NCBI GenBank assembly: GCA_015059965.1
Contig: SUZM01000011.1
Span: 13,640 to 77,639 of the forward strand
Direction: 5' to 3'
DNA from: Rikenellaceae bacterium
Lineage (GTDB): Bacteria > Bacteroidota > Bacteroidia > Bacteroidales > Rikenellaceae
DNA: 64,000 nt
The notes beneath the pieces are model-generated. The model made no database searches. It worked only from the letters and a program-made list of their open reading frames with translations, and was not told the DNA's origin. Positions 8,846 to 18,861 of the stretch are shown here, one piece after another (within the stretch, counting starts at the first letter, position 1; every line of letters begins with the position of its first letter). The translations under genes were made by a program, and so were the position numbers.

Positions 8846-10375
8846 TTAGTGTTTGAAGTGGCGCTCGCCGGTAAATACCATCGAGATCCCCATCTCGTCG
8901 GCCTTTTGGATCGACTCCTCGTCGCGCACCGAGCCTCCGGGCTGTACGATGGCCGTCACGCCGCGCTCGGCAGCCAGCGTCACGCAGTCGTCGAAGGGGA
9001 AGAAGCCGTCCGAAGCGAGGACGATGCCTTCGTTTACCCCCTTGGCGTTGGCCTGGTTCAGGGCGATCTCGGCCGATCCGATGCGGTTCATCTGGCCGGC
9101 GCCCACACCTAAGGTCTGCCCCCCCTTCACTGCCACGATGGCGTTCGACTTCACATGCTTCACGATGCGCCAGCCGAACGACAGATCTTTCGCCTCTTCG
9201 GTCGTGGGGCACTTTGCGGTCTTGCATTCGCCATCCTCCACCGCTTTGGTCGTGATGTCGAGCTGCTGCACCAGAAGGCCTCCATTCACGCTCACATACT
9301 GCTGCGGAGTCTTGCCGTCGCGCTCCATCTTCACCTCCAGCAGGCGCAGATTCTTCTTCGTGGTGAGCACCTCCAGGGCCTCGTCCGTAAATTTCGGGGC
9401 CATGATGATCTCCAGGAAGATGGGCTTCATCTTCTCGGCCATCTCGCGATTGACCTCGCAGTTCGTGGCCACGATGCCGCCGAAGATCGAAACCGTGTCG
9501 GCCTCATAGGCCTTCGTCCAGGCCTCCAGGCCATCCTTACCCACTGCAGCTCCGCAGGGGTTCATGTGCTTCAGCCCCACACAGAAGGGCTCATCGAATT
9601 CGCGCACGATTTGCAGGGCGGCGTTGGCATCCTGGATATTGTTGTACGAAAGCTCCTTGCCGTTGAGTTGGCGTGCCGTGGCGAGCGAGTAGCTCACCTC
9701 CTCCTGCGAACGGTAGAAGTTGGCCTGCTGGTGGGGATTCTCACCGTAGCGCAACGACTGCACGAGGTCAAACTCCAGGAAGAGTTTCTCGTTCAGACCG
9801 GCTGCCTTACGCATGTAGGTGGCGATCATGGCATCGTACTGTGCCGTGTGGGTGTAGGCCTTGGCCGAGAGCTCCAGACGGGTCTCGGGGCGGGTGTTCC
9901 CCTCGGCCTCGATCTCGGCGATGATGCGTGCGTAATCCTCGGGGTGGCAGACCACCGTCACGTCGCGGTAGTTCTTGGCTGCCGAGCGCAGCATCGAAGG
10001 GCCGCCGATGTCGATGTTCTCAATGGCATCGGCCATCGTCACATCGGGCTTCGAGATCGTCTCCCGGAAGGGGTAGAGGTTTACACATACCAGGTCGATA
10101 TACTCGATCCCGTTCTCGTTGAGGGCCTGCGTGTGGCTCTCGTCGTCACGGCGGGCCAGAAGGCCTCCGTGGACCTTGGGGTGGAGGGTCTTCACACGAC
10201 CGTCGCAGATCTCCGGGAAGCCCGTTACATCGCTGATGTTGATCACCTCAACACCATTCTCCTTGAGGAGTTTCATCGTGCCACCCGTGGCAATCACCTC
10301 CCAGCCCAGACGGCGAAGGTTTTGGGCGAACTCCACCACGCCCCGCTTATCACTTACACTGACTAATGCGCGCAT
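8846..10375 (-). CDS. purH: bifunctional AICAR transformylase / IMP cyclohydrolase
   Basis: The ORF is 8846..10384 and its first codon is TTG. The first ATG gives MRALVSVSDKRGVVEFA (MGS-like domain). The C-terminus ends ...MVFTGERHFKH. Confidence 0.95.
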   Translation of the reverse strand: MRALVSVSDKRGVVEFAQNLRRLGWEVIATGGTMKLLKENGVEVINISDVTGFPEICDGRVKTLHPKVHGGLLARRDDESHTQALNENGIEYIDLVCVNLYPFRETISKPDVTMADAIENIDIGGPSMLRSAAKNYRDVTVVCHPEDYARIIAEIEAEGNTRPETRLELSAKAYTHTAQYDAMIATYMRKAAGLNEKLFLEFDLVQSLRYGENPHQQANFYRSQEEVSYSLATARQLNGKELSYNNIQDANAALQIVREFDEPFCVGLKHMNPCGAAVGKDGLEAWTKAYEADTVSIFGGIVATNCEVNREMAEKMKPIFLEIIMAPKFTDEALEVLTTKKNLRLLEVKMERDGKTPQQYVSVNGGLLVQQLDITTKAVEDGECKTAKCPTTEEAKDLSFGWRIVKHVKSNAIVAVKGGQTLGVGAGQMNRIGSAEIALNQANAKGVNEGIVLASDGFFPFDDCVTLAAERGVTAIVQPGGSVRDEESIQKADEMGISMVFTGERHFKH

Positions 10376-10380
10376 ATTTC

Positions 10381-10459
10381 TCAATTCACAATTTTCTATT
10401 CACAATTTACGATTGCGGTCATCGTGCCGATATTCGGCCCCTTTGCGAAGCCTTGATTC
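10381..10459. repeat. composite repeat copy G, between purN and purH
   Basis: CAATTCA CAATTTT CTATTCA CAATTTA CGATTG, then CGGTCATCGTGCCGATATTCGGCCCC... . It contains the palindrome GCCGATATTCGGC. Confidence 0.65.
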
Positions 10460-11023
10460 CTAACGCTCGCAAAGGCGCTTGACCGTATCGATATACAAAG
10501 GATACTCCGTTGCGTGGATCATCGCCTCTAACGCTTCGATATCGTTACCCTCGTAGGGGAACGAGCGCTGGGCGATGATTTTGCCGCCATCCAGCTCCTT
10601 ATTTACATAGTGTACCGTTACGCCATAGACCTTGACTCCGTATCGGAAGGCATCCTCAATGGCATGAGCCCCCTTGAAGGCGGGCAGCAACGAGGGGTGG
10701 ATGTTGATCATGCGCCCCTGATAGGCATCGATGATCTCGTCGCCCAAGATACGCATGTAACCTGCCAGACAGATCAGATCGACCTGCTTCTCTTCAAGCA
10801 CCGCCATTACCTGGCGCTCCCAGGCCGCCTTGTCCGCAAACTCCTTTATCGAGTGGCTCCAGCGTTCGATGCCGAGCCGTTCGGCCCGCTCATTGACCTT
10901 GGCCGAGGGACGATCCGAGACCATCAGGACCACCTCGGCATCAATCTCGCCACTCTGGCACGCCTCGGCCAAAGCCTGAAAGTTGGTTCCCGAACCACTG
11001 GCAAAGATCGCAATGCGTTTCAT
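10460..11023 (-). CDS. purN: phosphoribosylglycinamide formyltransferase
   Basis: 187 aa with MKRIAIFASGSGTNFQAL and the formyltransferase motif INIHPSLLPAFKG. Confidence 0.93.
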   Translation of the reverse strand: MKRIAIFASGSGTNFQALAEACQSGEIDAEVVLMVSDRPSAKVNERAERLGIERWSHSIKEFADKAAWERQVMAVLEEKQVDLICLAGYMRILGDEIIDAYQGRMINIHPSLLPAFKGAHAIEDAFRYGVKVYGVTVHYVNKELDGGKIIAQRSFPYEGNDIEALEAMIHATEYPLYIDTVKRLCER

Positions 11024-11031
11024 TCGCCCGA

Positions 11032-12057
11032 CTATTTGATGGTTACACCTTCACCCTCTACCACGCGGCCGATTACCGAGGCCTTCTCGCCTTGGGCCGT
11101 CAGCAGCTCGATGGCCTTCTGTGCCTCGCTCTCGTCCAGGGCGATCACCATGCCGATACCCATATTGAAGATGTTGAACATCTCGCGATGGGCCACACCA
11201 CCGTGTTTCTCCAGGAAACGGAAGACGGGAAGGATCTCCCACGAGCCCTCCACGACCTCCACGCCCTGACCGGCCTTGAGGATGCGGGGGATGTTCTCAT
11301 CGAAACCACCACCCGTGATGTGGCTGATACCGTGAACATCGCAGTTGCGGATCACCTCCAGCACCTGCTTGACATAGATGCGGGTCGGGGTGAGGAGCAC
11401 CTCGCCCAGCAGGCGGTTGCCCAGCTCGTCGTAGGCCTCTTTCAGATCCAGTCCGGCATCCGAAACGATCTTGCGCACAAGCGAAAAGCCGTTGGAGTGT
11501 ACACCGCTCGAAGCGATACCCACCAGCACGTCGCCCACCTTGACCTTCGAACCGTCGATCAGGCGCTTCTTCTCCACTACGCCGCAGGTGAAACCGGCGA
11601 TATCATACTCGCCATCGCCATACATACCCGGCATCTCGGCCGTCTCACCGCCCACTAAGGCGCAACCAGCCTGGCGGCAGCCTTCGGCCACACCGGCTAC
11701 GATGGCCTCAATCTTGTAGGGCTCGTTGTGGCCCACAGCCACATAGTCTAAGAACAACAACGGCTCGGCACCCTGTGCCAGCACATCATTTACACACATT
11801 GCCACGGCATCAATACCGATCGTGTCGTGCTTGTCCATTGCAAAGGCGAGTTTGAGCTTCGTGCCCACACCATCCGTGCCGCTCACCAATATGGGCTCCT
11901 CTACGTTCAGGGCCGAGAGGTCAAACATGCCGCCAAAGGCGCCGATGTTGCCCATCACACCCAAGCGATTGGTCGAGGAGACATGCTTCTTGATGCGACG
12001 CACCACCTCATAACCTGCCTCGAGGTTTACCCCCGCCTGTTCATAAGTCTTTGCCAT
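11032..12057 (-). CDS. purM: phosphoribosylformylglycinamidine cyclo-ligase (AIR synthetase)
   Basis: 341 aa with [10 protein letters not shown] and [13 protein letters not shown], typical of PurM. Confidence 0.95.
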   Translation of the reverse strand: MAKTYEQAGVNLEAGYEVVRRIKKHVSSTNRLGVMGNIGAFGGMFDLSALNVEEPILVSGTDGVGTKLKLAFAMDKHDTIGIDAVAMCVNDVLAQGAEPLLFLDYVAVGHNEPYKIEAIVAGVAEGCRQAGCALVGGETAEMPGMYGDGEYDIAGFTCGVVEKKRLIDGSKVKVGDVLVGIASSGVHSNGFSLVRKIVSDAGLDLKEAYDELGNRLLGEVLLTPTRIYVKQVLEVIRNCDVHGISHITGGGFDENIPRILKAGQGVEVVEGSWEILPVFRFLEKHGGVAHREMFNIFNMGIGMVIALDESEAQKAIELLTAQGEKASVIGRVVEGEGVTIK

Positions 12058-12135
12058 AAATTTTTCTATTCTTATCTTGTTTTTCTAATTATCGATTTGC
12101 TCTCGGCTGTAGCTCTAATTGCCTGTTGCTCATTA
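12058..12135. repeat. degenerate composite repeat copy H (reverse orientation), between purF and purM
   Basis: ...TTATCGATTTGCTCTCGGCTGTAGCTCTAATTGCCTGTTGCTCAT aligns to the reverse complement of the copy B core (ATCGATTATCTCGGTGCGTAAGCCCAATTGCTCATT). It runs straight into the purF stop codon. Confidence 0.55.
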
Positions 12136-13560
12136 CTTGAGCAGCTCCTCCATCTTTTCGTCGTACAGATCGGTCGGGTAGCGGCGCGTGAAGCAGGCCA
12201 TGCAGAGCTCCGAGCGTTTACCCGCCTTCAGGAGCGACTCGGTGGAGAGGTAGGCCAGCGAATCGGCATCGAGCTTTATGCGCAACTCCTCTACGGTATT
12301 GTGGGCGCAGGCCAGCTCTTCGAGTGAGGCGACGTCCACACCATAGAAGCAGGGGCCGATGAACGGGGGCGAGGCGATGCGGACGTGTACCTCCAAGGCT
12401 CCCGCCTCGCGCAACATCTTCACAATTCGGCGTGAGGTGGTGCCGCGCACAATCGAATCGTCGATCAGCGCCACACGCTTGCCCTGCACAATGCTCTTCA
12501 CGGCCGAGAGTTTCATGCGCACACCCTTCTCGCGCAACGCCTGCGAGGGCTGAATGAAGGTGCGGCCGATATACTTATTTTTAATAAGGCCCATTTCGTA
12601 GGGGATACCGCTCGCCTCGCTGTAGCCGCTGGCGGCGCTGAGGCTCGAGTCGGGCACACCGATCACGATATCGACATCGGCCGGAGCCTCCTGCCACAGC
12701 AGACGGCCCGACTCCTTGCGGTAGGAGTGGACGTTGCACCCCTCAATATCGCTGTCGGGGCGGGCAAAGTAGATATACTCCATGGCGCACATCAGGTGGC
12801 GCTTGAACTGCGAATAGTGTTGGCTGCGAATACCGTGGTGGTCGATCGTTACGATCTCTCCGGGCTCCACATCTCGGATGAATTCAGCGCCGATCGTGTC
12901 GAAGGCGCAGGTCTCGGAGCTGACGACGTAACCCTCGCCCAGGCGGGCAATCGACAGGGGGCGCAAGCCGTACTTGTCGCGGCAGGCGTAGATGCGGTTC
13001 TGGGTCATAATCAGGAAGGCAAAGGCCCCCTCCATCATGTTCAGCGCATCGATGATCGAGTAGATGCGCGGGCGGGTTGATTTGCCGGTCTCCTTCTTGA
13101 TCAGGTGAGCCAGCACCTCGCTGTCCGAAGTGGACTGGAAGAGGCTGCCTCGATCCTCCAGATAGCGTTTCAGCAGGTGGGCATTGACAATATTGCCGTT
13201 GTGGGCCAGGGCGAAGTTGCCCGTATTGTGGTGGAAGAGAAAGGGTTGGATATTCTCTTCGCCGCCACCGCCCGCCGTGGCGTAGCGCACATGGCCGATC
13301 GCCATGTGGCCTGTCAGGCTCCGGAGCTGCTGCTCGCGGAAGACCTCGGTCACTAGACCCGAACCCTTCACGCGGCTGAAGCGGCCATCGGAATCGACAC
13401 TCACGATACCGGCACCCTCCTGGCCGCGGTGTTGCAGCGAATGCAGTCCGTAGTAGGCCAGCGACGAGGCATTCTCCACGCCATAGACACCGAAGACTCC
13501 GCACTCCTCGTGCAACTCTCGGTCAGCGACTTCGATCATCGGATTTCTTAGTTCATTCAT
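12133..13560 (-). CDS. purF: amidophosphoribosyltransferase
   Basis: 475 aa. Ntn-type catalytic Cys after a short propeptide (LHEECGVFGVYG) and PRTase motif VALIDDSIVRGTT. Confidence 0.95.
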   Translation of the reverse strand: MNELRNPMIEVADRELHEECGVFGVYGVENASSLAYYGLHSLQHRGQEGAGIVSVDSDGRFSRVKGSGLVTEVFREQQLRSLTGHMAIGHVRYATAGGGGEENIQPFLFHHNTGNFALAHNGNIVNAHLLKRYLEDRGSLFQSTSDSEVLAHLIKKETGKSTRPRIYSIIDALNMMEGAFAFLIMTQNRIYACRDKYGLRPLSIARLGEGYVVSSETCAFDTIGAEFIRDVEPGEIVTIDHHGIRSQHYSQFKRHLMCAMEYIYFARPDSDIEGCNVHSYRKESGRLLWQEAPADVDIVIGVPDSSLSAASGYSEASGIPYEMGLIKNKYIGRTFIQPSQALREKGVRMKLSAVKSIVQGKRVALIDDSIVRGTTSRRIVKMLREAGALEVHVRIASPPFIGPCFYGVDVASLEELACAHNTVEELRIKLDADSLAYLSTESLLKAGKRSELCMACFTRRYPTDLYDEKMEELLK

Positions 13561-13595
13561 ACGATTCGATTTCTTTGCAGGTAAGACGTGGTTCC

Positions 13596-14312
13596 TTAAT
13601 TCTTAACGGCCTGAAGACGTGTCAGGATCAACTCGTAGGCCTCACGCACGCGACCCAGGTCGCGGCGGAAACGATCCTTGTCGAGCTTTTCGCCCGTCTC
13701 GATGTCCCACAGACGACAAGTGTCGGGTGAGAGTTCGTCGGCCAGGATGATCTCCCCCTCGGGGGTGCGGCCGAACTCCATCTTAAAGTCCACCAAGCGG
13801 ATTCCGGCGCGACGGAAGAGCTCCAGGAGCAGCGTGTTGATCTGCTCGGCCAGGCCGTAGATCACCTTCAGCTCCTCATAGCTCACCAACTCCAGGGCTA
13901 CGGCGTGGTGGTCGTTCATCAACGGGTCGTCCAGGTCATCGCGCTTGTAGTAGAGGTCGTAGATCACGTTTTGGGGCTCCACGCCCTCTTCCACTCCCAA
14001 ACGCTGGGCCATCGAGCCGGCAATCGTGTTGCGGACCACCACCTCCAGCGGGATCACCTGCACGCGGCGGCACAACTGGTCGCACTCGTCCACAAGCTCC
14101 ACAAAGTGGGTCTTGATCCCCGCCTTGGCCAGGTACTCATACAAGAGGGCCGAGATGGCCGACGTGACCTTGCCCTTACCGACGATGGTCGCCTTTTTGA
14201 TGTTGTTGAAGGCGGTTGCCGTATCCTTATAGCGGACCACCACCCGATTGGGATTCTCCGTCAGGAAGACCTGTTTGGCCTTCCCTTCGTAGAGCATATC
14301 CTTCAGTTCCAT
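13596..14312 (-). CDS. purC: phosphoribosylaminoimidazole-succinocarboxamide synthase
   Basis: 238 aa with LYEGKAKQVF and LADELSPDTCRLWD, typical of SAICAR synthase. Confidence 0.95.
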   Translation of the reverse strand: MELKDMLYEGKAKQVFLTENPNRVVVRYKDTATAFNNIKKATIVGKGKVTSAISALLYEYLAKAGIKTHFVELVDECDQLCRRVQVIPLEVVVRNTIAGSMAQRLGVEEGVEPQNVIYDLYYKRDDLDDPLMNDHHAVALELVSYEELKVIYGLAEQINTLLLELFRRAGIRLVDFKMEFGRTPEGEIILADELSPDTCRLWDIETGEKLDKDRFRRDLGRVREAYELILTRLQAVKN

Positions 14313-14357
14313 ATAAATCAGTTCTTCAGTACTAAATTTAACCTAACTAAACCGTTC

Positions 14358-17300
14358 TTATTCTTTGCGGAAGTAACGCACGGCATTCTCGAAGAGCGGC
14401 TGGCGCTTCTGGCCAGCAATGTTCTTGAAGAGCGACTCCTCGTAGCGCTCCGTGTGTCCCATCTTGCCCAGGATCTGTCCGCACTCCGAGACGATACCCT
14501 CAATGGCGTAGTAGGACCCGTTGGGGTTGGCCGGAGCCTCGGCCGTGGGCAATCCCTGCTCATCGGCATACTGGAAGGCCACCTGACCCTTGCGGAAGAG
14601 TTCCGCGGCCAATGCCTCATCGACCACAAACTTACCCTCGCCATGGCTGACGGCTATGGCGTGCAGATCACCCACCTCGAAGCTCGAGAGCCAGGGGGAG
14701 TTGGTTGTGGCGATGCGCGTGGTGACGATCTGTGAGATGTGGCGGTTGATGTCGTTGCGGAAGAGCGTGGGCGAGGTCTCATCGACACGACCCAATCGGC
14801 CATAGGGCAACAGCCCCGACTTCACCAGGGCCTGGAAGCCGTTGCAGATACCGATGATCAGGCCGCCGCGATCCAGCAGGCGGTGAATCTCCTCGGCAAT
14901 ATCCTGGTTGTTCAACACATTGACGATCAGCTTGGCGCTGCCATCGGGCTCATCACCGGCCGAGAAGCCGCCGCTGAGGGCCAGGATGTGGCACTCGCTG
15001 ATGTGGCGCTTCATCTCGGCAATCGAGCGCAGAATATCCTCGCTCTCCAGATTGCAGAGCACGCTGGTGCGACACTCGGCGCCGGCGCGACGGAAGGCGC
15101 GGGCCACATCGTAGTCGCAGTTCGTGCCGGGGAAGACGGGCAGGTAGACGATGGGGCTCTCTACAGCCTCTCCCGGGTAGGTGAACGTGCGCTTTTCATG
15201 GGGCAGCTCCATCATGGGGGCGCTGTTCTGCCCCTTGTCGGGATAGATGGTGGCAAAACGCTCCGAGTTGGCCCGCTGCAGTTCATCGATCGAGAACTCC
15301 ACATCGTTGATCTTAAGAGACTCGGTCTCCACGGTACGACCCAGCAGTTTCAGATCTGCAAAGTCGAGCTCCTCGGTCGATTCGATCACAAACGAGCCGT
15401 ACTTCAGGTCGAAGAGCTCCTCTGCGGCCATCTTTAGCTCGGCACCTACACGGTTGCCGAACGACATCTTGGCCAGAGCCTCGGCCAGACCGCCCTGCTG
15501 CAGGGCCCAGGCCGAAACAACCTTCCCCTCCTCAATGCAATCGGACAAAAATGTAAAATTGCGTTTCAGGGCTGCGGTGTCGGGCATATAGTTGTTCAGC
15601 GGCTTGTGCTCCAACAGGTAGATGTAGTTGCCGGCCGACTTGAACTCGGGCGAGATTACGCGGCGGGCATCCACCGTCGTGATGCCGAAGGCGATGAGCG
15701 TGGGCGGAACATTGATGTCGCGGAACGTGCCGCTCATCGAGTCCTTGCCGCCGATCGAGGGCAGTCCCAGCTCCACCTGCATCTTCAGCGTACCCAAAAG
15801 GGCACTCAGGGGTTTACCCCACGAGTGGGCATCGTGTGTCATGCGCTCGAAGTACTCCTGATACGAGAAGCGCATCTTCTCGTAGCGGGCTCCCGCAGCG
15901 ACCACCTTCGCACAAGCCTCCACCACCGAGTAGGCGGCACCGTGGTAGGGGCTCCAACTCATCAACTCGGGGTTGAAGCCGAAGGCCATCACCGAGGCCG
16001 TATTCGTAAATCCGTCGGTCGGCAGCTTCTGACACGAAACCTGCGTTTCGGTCTGTTGCGTGCGACCGCCATAAGGCATCAGCACGGTCGAGGCTCCGAT
16101 CGTCGAGTCGAACATCTCGATCAGCCCCTTCTGCGTCAGGACATTATCCGACTGCATGTGGTTGATCATCTGCTCCTCAAGATGCTCGCCTTGGGGTTCA
16201 CGCTTGAAGGGGTCGCACCCCTCGACAGCCTCGATGGCAGCCGTAGCGTAGTGCTTGGCTCCGGCCGAGTCGATGAACTCGCGGCTCAGATCGACCACCA
16301 GTTCTCCCTTATAATACATACGCATGCGGGCCGTGTCGGTTACATCGGCCACATGGGTTGTTTCGATATTCTCTTCGCGGCAGTAGCGGCAGAACTCCTC
16401 CACATCCTTCTGCTCGATCACCACCGACATGCGCTCCTGCGACTCGCTGATGGCCAGCTCCGTGGCATTCAGACCGCTATACTTGGTCTTTACACGATCC
16501 AGCCAGATATCGAGGCCGTCCGTGAGCTCGCCGATCGCCACGCTCACGCCACCTGCACCAAAGTCGTTCGACTTCTTGATCAGGCGCGTAACCTCGGGAC
16601 GGCGGAACAGACGTTCCAGTTTGCGCTCCTCGGGGGCGTTACCCTTCTGTACCTCGCTCGAGCAGCTCTCGAGCGACTGCTCCGTGTGCTCCTTCGACGA
16701 GCCCGTGGCTCCGCCGATACCGTCGCGACCCGTGCGACCGCCCAGCATGATGACCACGTCGCCGGCCGTGGGACGTTCGCGGCGTACATGCTCGGCCTTC
16801 ACGGCACCCACTACGGCGCCCACCTCCAGGCGCTTGGCCACATAGTCCGGGTGGTAGATCTCGCGCACATGGGTGGTGGCCAGACCGATCTGGTTGCCGT
16901 AACTCGAGTAGCCGGCTGCCGCCTTGCGGCTGATGATCGACTGCGGGAGCTTGCCCTTCATCGTCTCGCTCACCGGAGCATAGATGTTGCCGGCACCCGT
17001 CACGCGCATCGCCTGGTAGACGTAGCTGCGACCTGACAGCGGGTCACGGATGGCACCACCCAGACAGGTCGAGGCTCCGCCGAAGGGCTCGATCTCGGTG
17101 GGGTGGTTGTGCGTCTCGTTCTTGAACTGCAGGAGCCACTGCTCGGTCTTGCCGTCCACATCGACATCCACATAGATCGAGCAGGCGTTGTTCTCCTCGC
17201 TCACCTCCATATCCTCCAACAGGCCGCGCTTCTTCAGACAGCGGGCTCCGATCGTGGCGATATCCATCAGGCAGATGCTCTTCTGCTCACGACCCAACTC

Positions 17301-18065
17301 GCGGCGGATGTTCAGGTAGAGGGCCAGCGAATCCTCGATCTCCGACTTGAAGAGCGACTCCTCTACGGTGATCCCCTCCAGCTCGGTGGTGAAGGTGGTG
17401 TGGCGACAGTGGTCGCTCCAGTAGGTATCCAGAATGCGGAGCTCTGTCTCGCGGGGGTTGCGCCCCTCCTGGCGGAAGTAGTTTACTACCTCGCGCAGGT
17501 CGTCGCTGTTCATGGCCAATCCCATCTGCTTGCAGTAGGGGGCCAGCTCCTCCTCCTTCATCTCGGTGAAGCCCTCCAGAACGGGTACTGCCGTGGGGGC
17601 AGCCTCCTCCGATTCGGAGAGCACCGCGAGGTTTTTCTCTCGGGACTCCACGGCATTGATGCAGTAGCGCTTGACGGCCTCCATCTGCTCAGCATTGAGG
17701 GCCGGCTCAAAAATATAGACCTTCGAGCTGCGGATGCGTACATCGGCTTTGGGGTCGATCAGCTTCACGCAATCGACAGCCGAGGCGGCACGCTGATCAA
17801 ACTGTCCGGGCAGGAACTCCACGGCCAGGCTGCTCTTTCCCTCCAGCTCCAGCTCATCGCTCACGCGGTCCGTCTGGCGCTCGCCGAAGACCGAGTAGCG
17901 GCACTTCTCCACCAGCTCCTCATCGAAACCGAAGAGGTCGTAGACGTTGATCCAACGAAAGCCCGTCAACCCGAGTCCGAGGTTGTCGTTCAGCTCGCGC
18001 TTCATGCTCTCGGCCTCCACTTGAAAGCGGGGTAATTTTTCTACATAGATGCGATAATTCTTCAT
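14358..18065 (-). CDS. purL: phosphoribosylformylglycinamidine synthase, single-chain large form
   Basis: The ORF is 14358..18092 (first codon TTG). The ATG at aa 10 gives MKNYRIYVEKLPRFQ. It contains AIRS-like repeats and a C-terminal glutaminase (IGICNGFQAL). Confidence 0.95.
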   Translation of the reverse strand: MKNYRIYVEKLPRFQVEAESMKRELNDNLGLGLTGFRWINVYDLFGFDEELVEKCRYSVFGERQTDRVSDELELEGKSSLAVEFLPGQFDQRAASAVDCVKLIDPKADVRIRSSKVYIFEPALNAEQMEAVKRYCINAVESREKNLAVLSESEEAAPTAVPVLEGFTEMKEEELAPYCKQMGLAMNSDDLREVVNYFRQEGRNPRETELRILDTYWSDHCRHTTFTTELEGITVEESLFKSEIEDSLALYLNIRRELGREQKSICLMDIATIGARCLKKRGLLEDMEVSEENNACSIYVDVDVDGKTEQWLLQFKNETHNHPTEIEPFGGASTCLGGAIRDPLSGRSYVYQAMRVTGAGNIYAPVSETMKGKLPQSIISRKAAAGYSSYGNQIGLATTHVREIYHPDYVAKRLEVGAVVGAVKAEHVRRERPTAGDVVIMLGGRTGRDGIGGATGSSKEHTEQSLESCSSEVQKGNAPEERKLERLFRRPEVTRLIKKSNDFGAGGVSVAIGELTDGLDIWLDRVKTKYSGLNATELAISESQERMSVVIEQKDVEEFCRYCREENIETTHVADVTDTARMRMYYKGELVVDLSREFIDSAGAKHYATAAIEAVEGCDPFKREPQGEHLEEQMINHMQSDNVLTQKGLIEMFDSTIGASTVLMPYGGRTQQTETQVSCQKLPTDGFTNTASVMAFGFNPELMSWSPYHGAAYSVVEACAKVVAAGARYEKMRFSYQEYFERMTHDAHSWGKPLSALLGTLKMQVELGLPSIGGKDSMSGTFRDINVPPTLIAFGITTVDARRVISPEFKSAGNYIYLLEHKPLNNYMPDTAALKRNFTFLSDCIEEGKVVSAWALQQGGLAEALAKMSFGNRVGAELKMAAEELFDLKYGSFVIESTEELDFADLKLLGRTVETESLKINDVEFSIDELQRANSERFATIYPDKGQNSAPMMELPHEKRTFTYPGEAVESPIVYLPVFPGTNCDYDVARAFRRAGAECRTSVLCNLESEDILRSIAEMKRHISECHILALSGGFSAGDEPDGSAKLIVNVLNNQDIAEEIHRLLDRGGLIIGICNGFQALVKSGLLPYGRLGRVDETSPTLFRNDINRHISQIVTTRIATTNSPWLSSFEVGDLHAIAVSHGEGKFVVDEALAAELFRKGQVAFQYADEQGLPTAEAPANPNGSYYAIEGIVSECGQILGKMGHTERYEESLFKNIAGQKRQPLFENAVRYFRKE

Positions 18066-18106
18066 GGCTTTTTCTCGTCTTGCAGGGTTCAACTACCGGC
18101 GGGAGG

Positions 18107-18574
18107 TTACAACTCGGCCTCCAGGACCTTCTGGGTCTGCTGACGGCGGAACTCCAGGAGGCGCTCCTCCAGCGCCTTGTCCGTCAGGGCAAAGATCGAG
18201 GCGGCAATCAGGGCGGCATTCTTGGCCCCGTTGATCGCCGTGGTCGATACGGGAACGCCGCCCGGCATCTGTACGATCGAGAGCAGCGAGTCCAGACCGC
18301 CCAATGCCGAGGTCTTGATCGGTACACCGATCACGGGTATGGTGGTCAGGCCTGCCGTTACGCCGGCCACATGGGCGGCTCCGCCCGCTCCGGCGATGAT
18401 GCATCCGATGCCGCGTTCACGCGCCGTGGTGGCATACTCCACCATCAGGTGTGGGGTGCGGTGTGCACTGATTACGCGCTTCTCGTACTCGATGCCCAAC
18501 TCCTCGAGCATCTCCACAGCGGCCGACATTACGCCCCAGTCGCTCGTGGATCCCATAATAACTGCTACTTTCAT
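18107..18574 (-). CDS. purE: 5-(carboxyamino)imidazole ribonucleotide mutase (class I PurE by motif)
   Basis: 155 aa with [19 protein letters not shown] (class I signature) and [11 protein letters not shown]. Confidence 0.92.
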   Translation of the reverse strand: MKVAVIMGSTSDWGVMSAAVEMLEELGIEYEKRVISAHRTPHLMVEYATTARERGIGCIIAGAGGAAHVAGVTAGLTTIPVIGVPIKTSALGGLDSLLSIVQMPGGVPVSTTAINGAKNAALIAASIFALTDKALEERLLEFRRQQTQKVLEAEL

Positions 18575-18669
18575 ATCCTGTATTGTTTTTAATTTTTATT
18601 TCCGTGTTTATTCCGATTTTTTCAACCTAAACGATTGGTAGTGAGTCTTCTGTGGCGGTTGCAAAACCT

Positions 18670-18711
18670 AAAAACAGAAAACCGCCATGATACAATCGTA
18701 TCACAACGGTT
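18670..18711 (-). terminator. terminator/attenuator hairpin inside the purE leader
   Basis: The minus strand reads AACCG-TTG-TGATAC-GATT-GTATCA-TGG-CGGTT followed by TTCTGTTTTT. It lies ~95 nt upstream of the purE ATG. Confidence 0.65.
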
Positions 18712-18861
18712 TATCGGCTTGGGCACACTGCTCCATTCGTCAGTCGTTTTCGCGTTGCAAGACAACGCTCACCGCTTGTTCGGTGTCGGTGCCGACTTAG
18801 GTTATGGATGGTCTGCTTCATTCTTCGGTTGTCCTCTCTACGGGGTTTCGGAATACGTCCG

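Noticed and set aside
8757-9227. Numerous 60-400-aa ORFs nested inside pur, ure and receptor genes on either strand.
   Set aside because: These are alternative-frame or antisense readings of clearly assigned genes. They have biased R/P/G/A composition and no start context or promoter boxes.
18712-18855. ZTP (pfl), purine, PRPP or glycine riboswitch in the purE leader.
   Set aside because: Only fragments resemble known motifs (GACTGACGAA like the ZTP J1/2 segment; CCGAAG like glycine). The required partners are absent on that strand in the right order: CCGCCTGGGC-type 3' domain, purine loop-loop motifs, ACCGAAGGGGCAA. The match rests on my memory of the consensus, so cmscan should confirm it.
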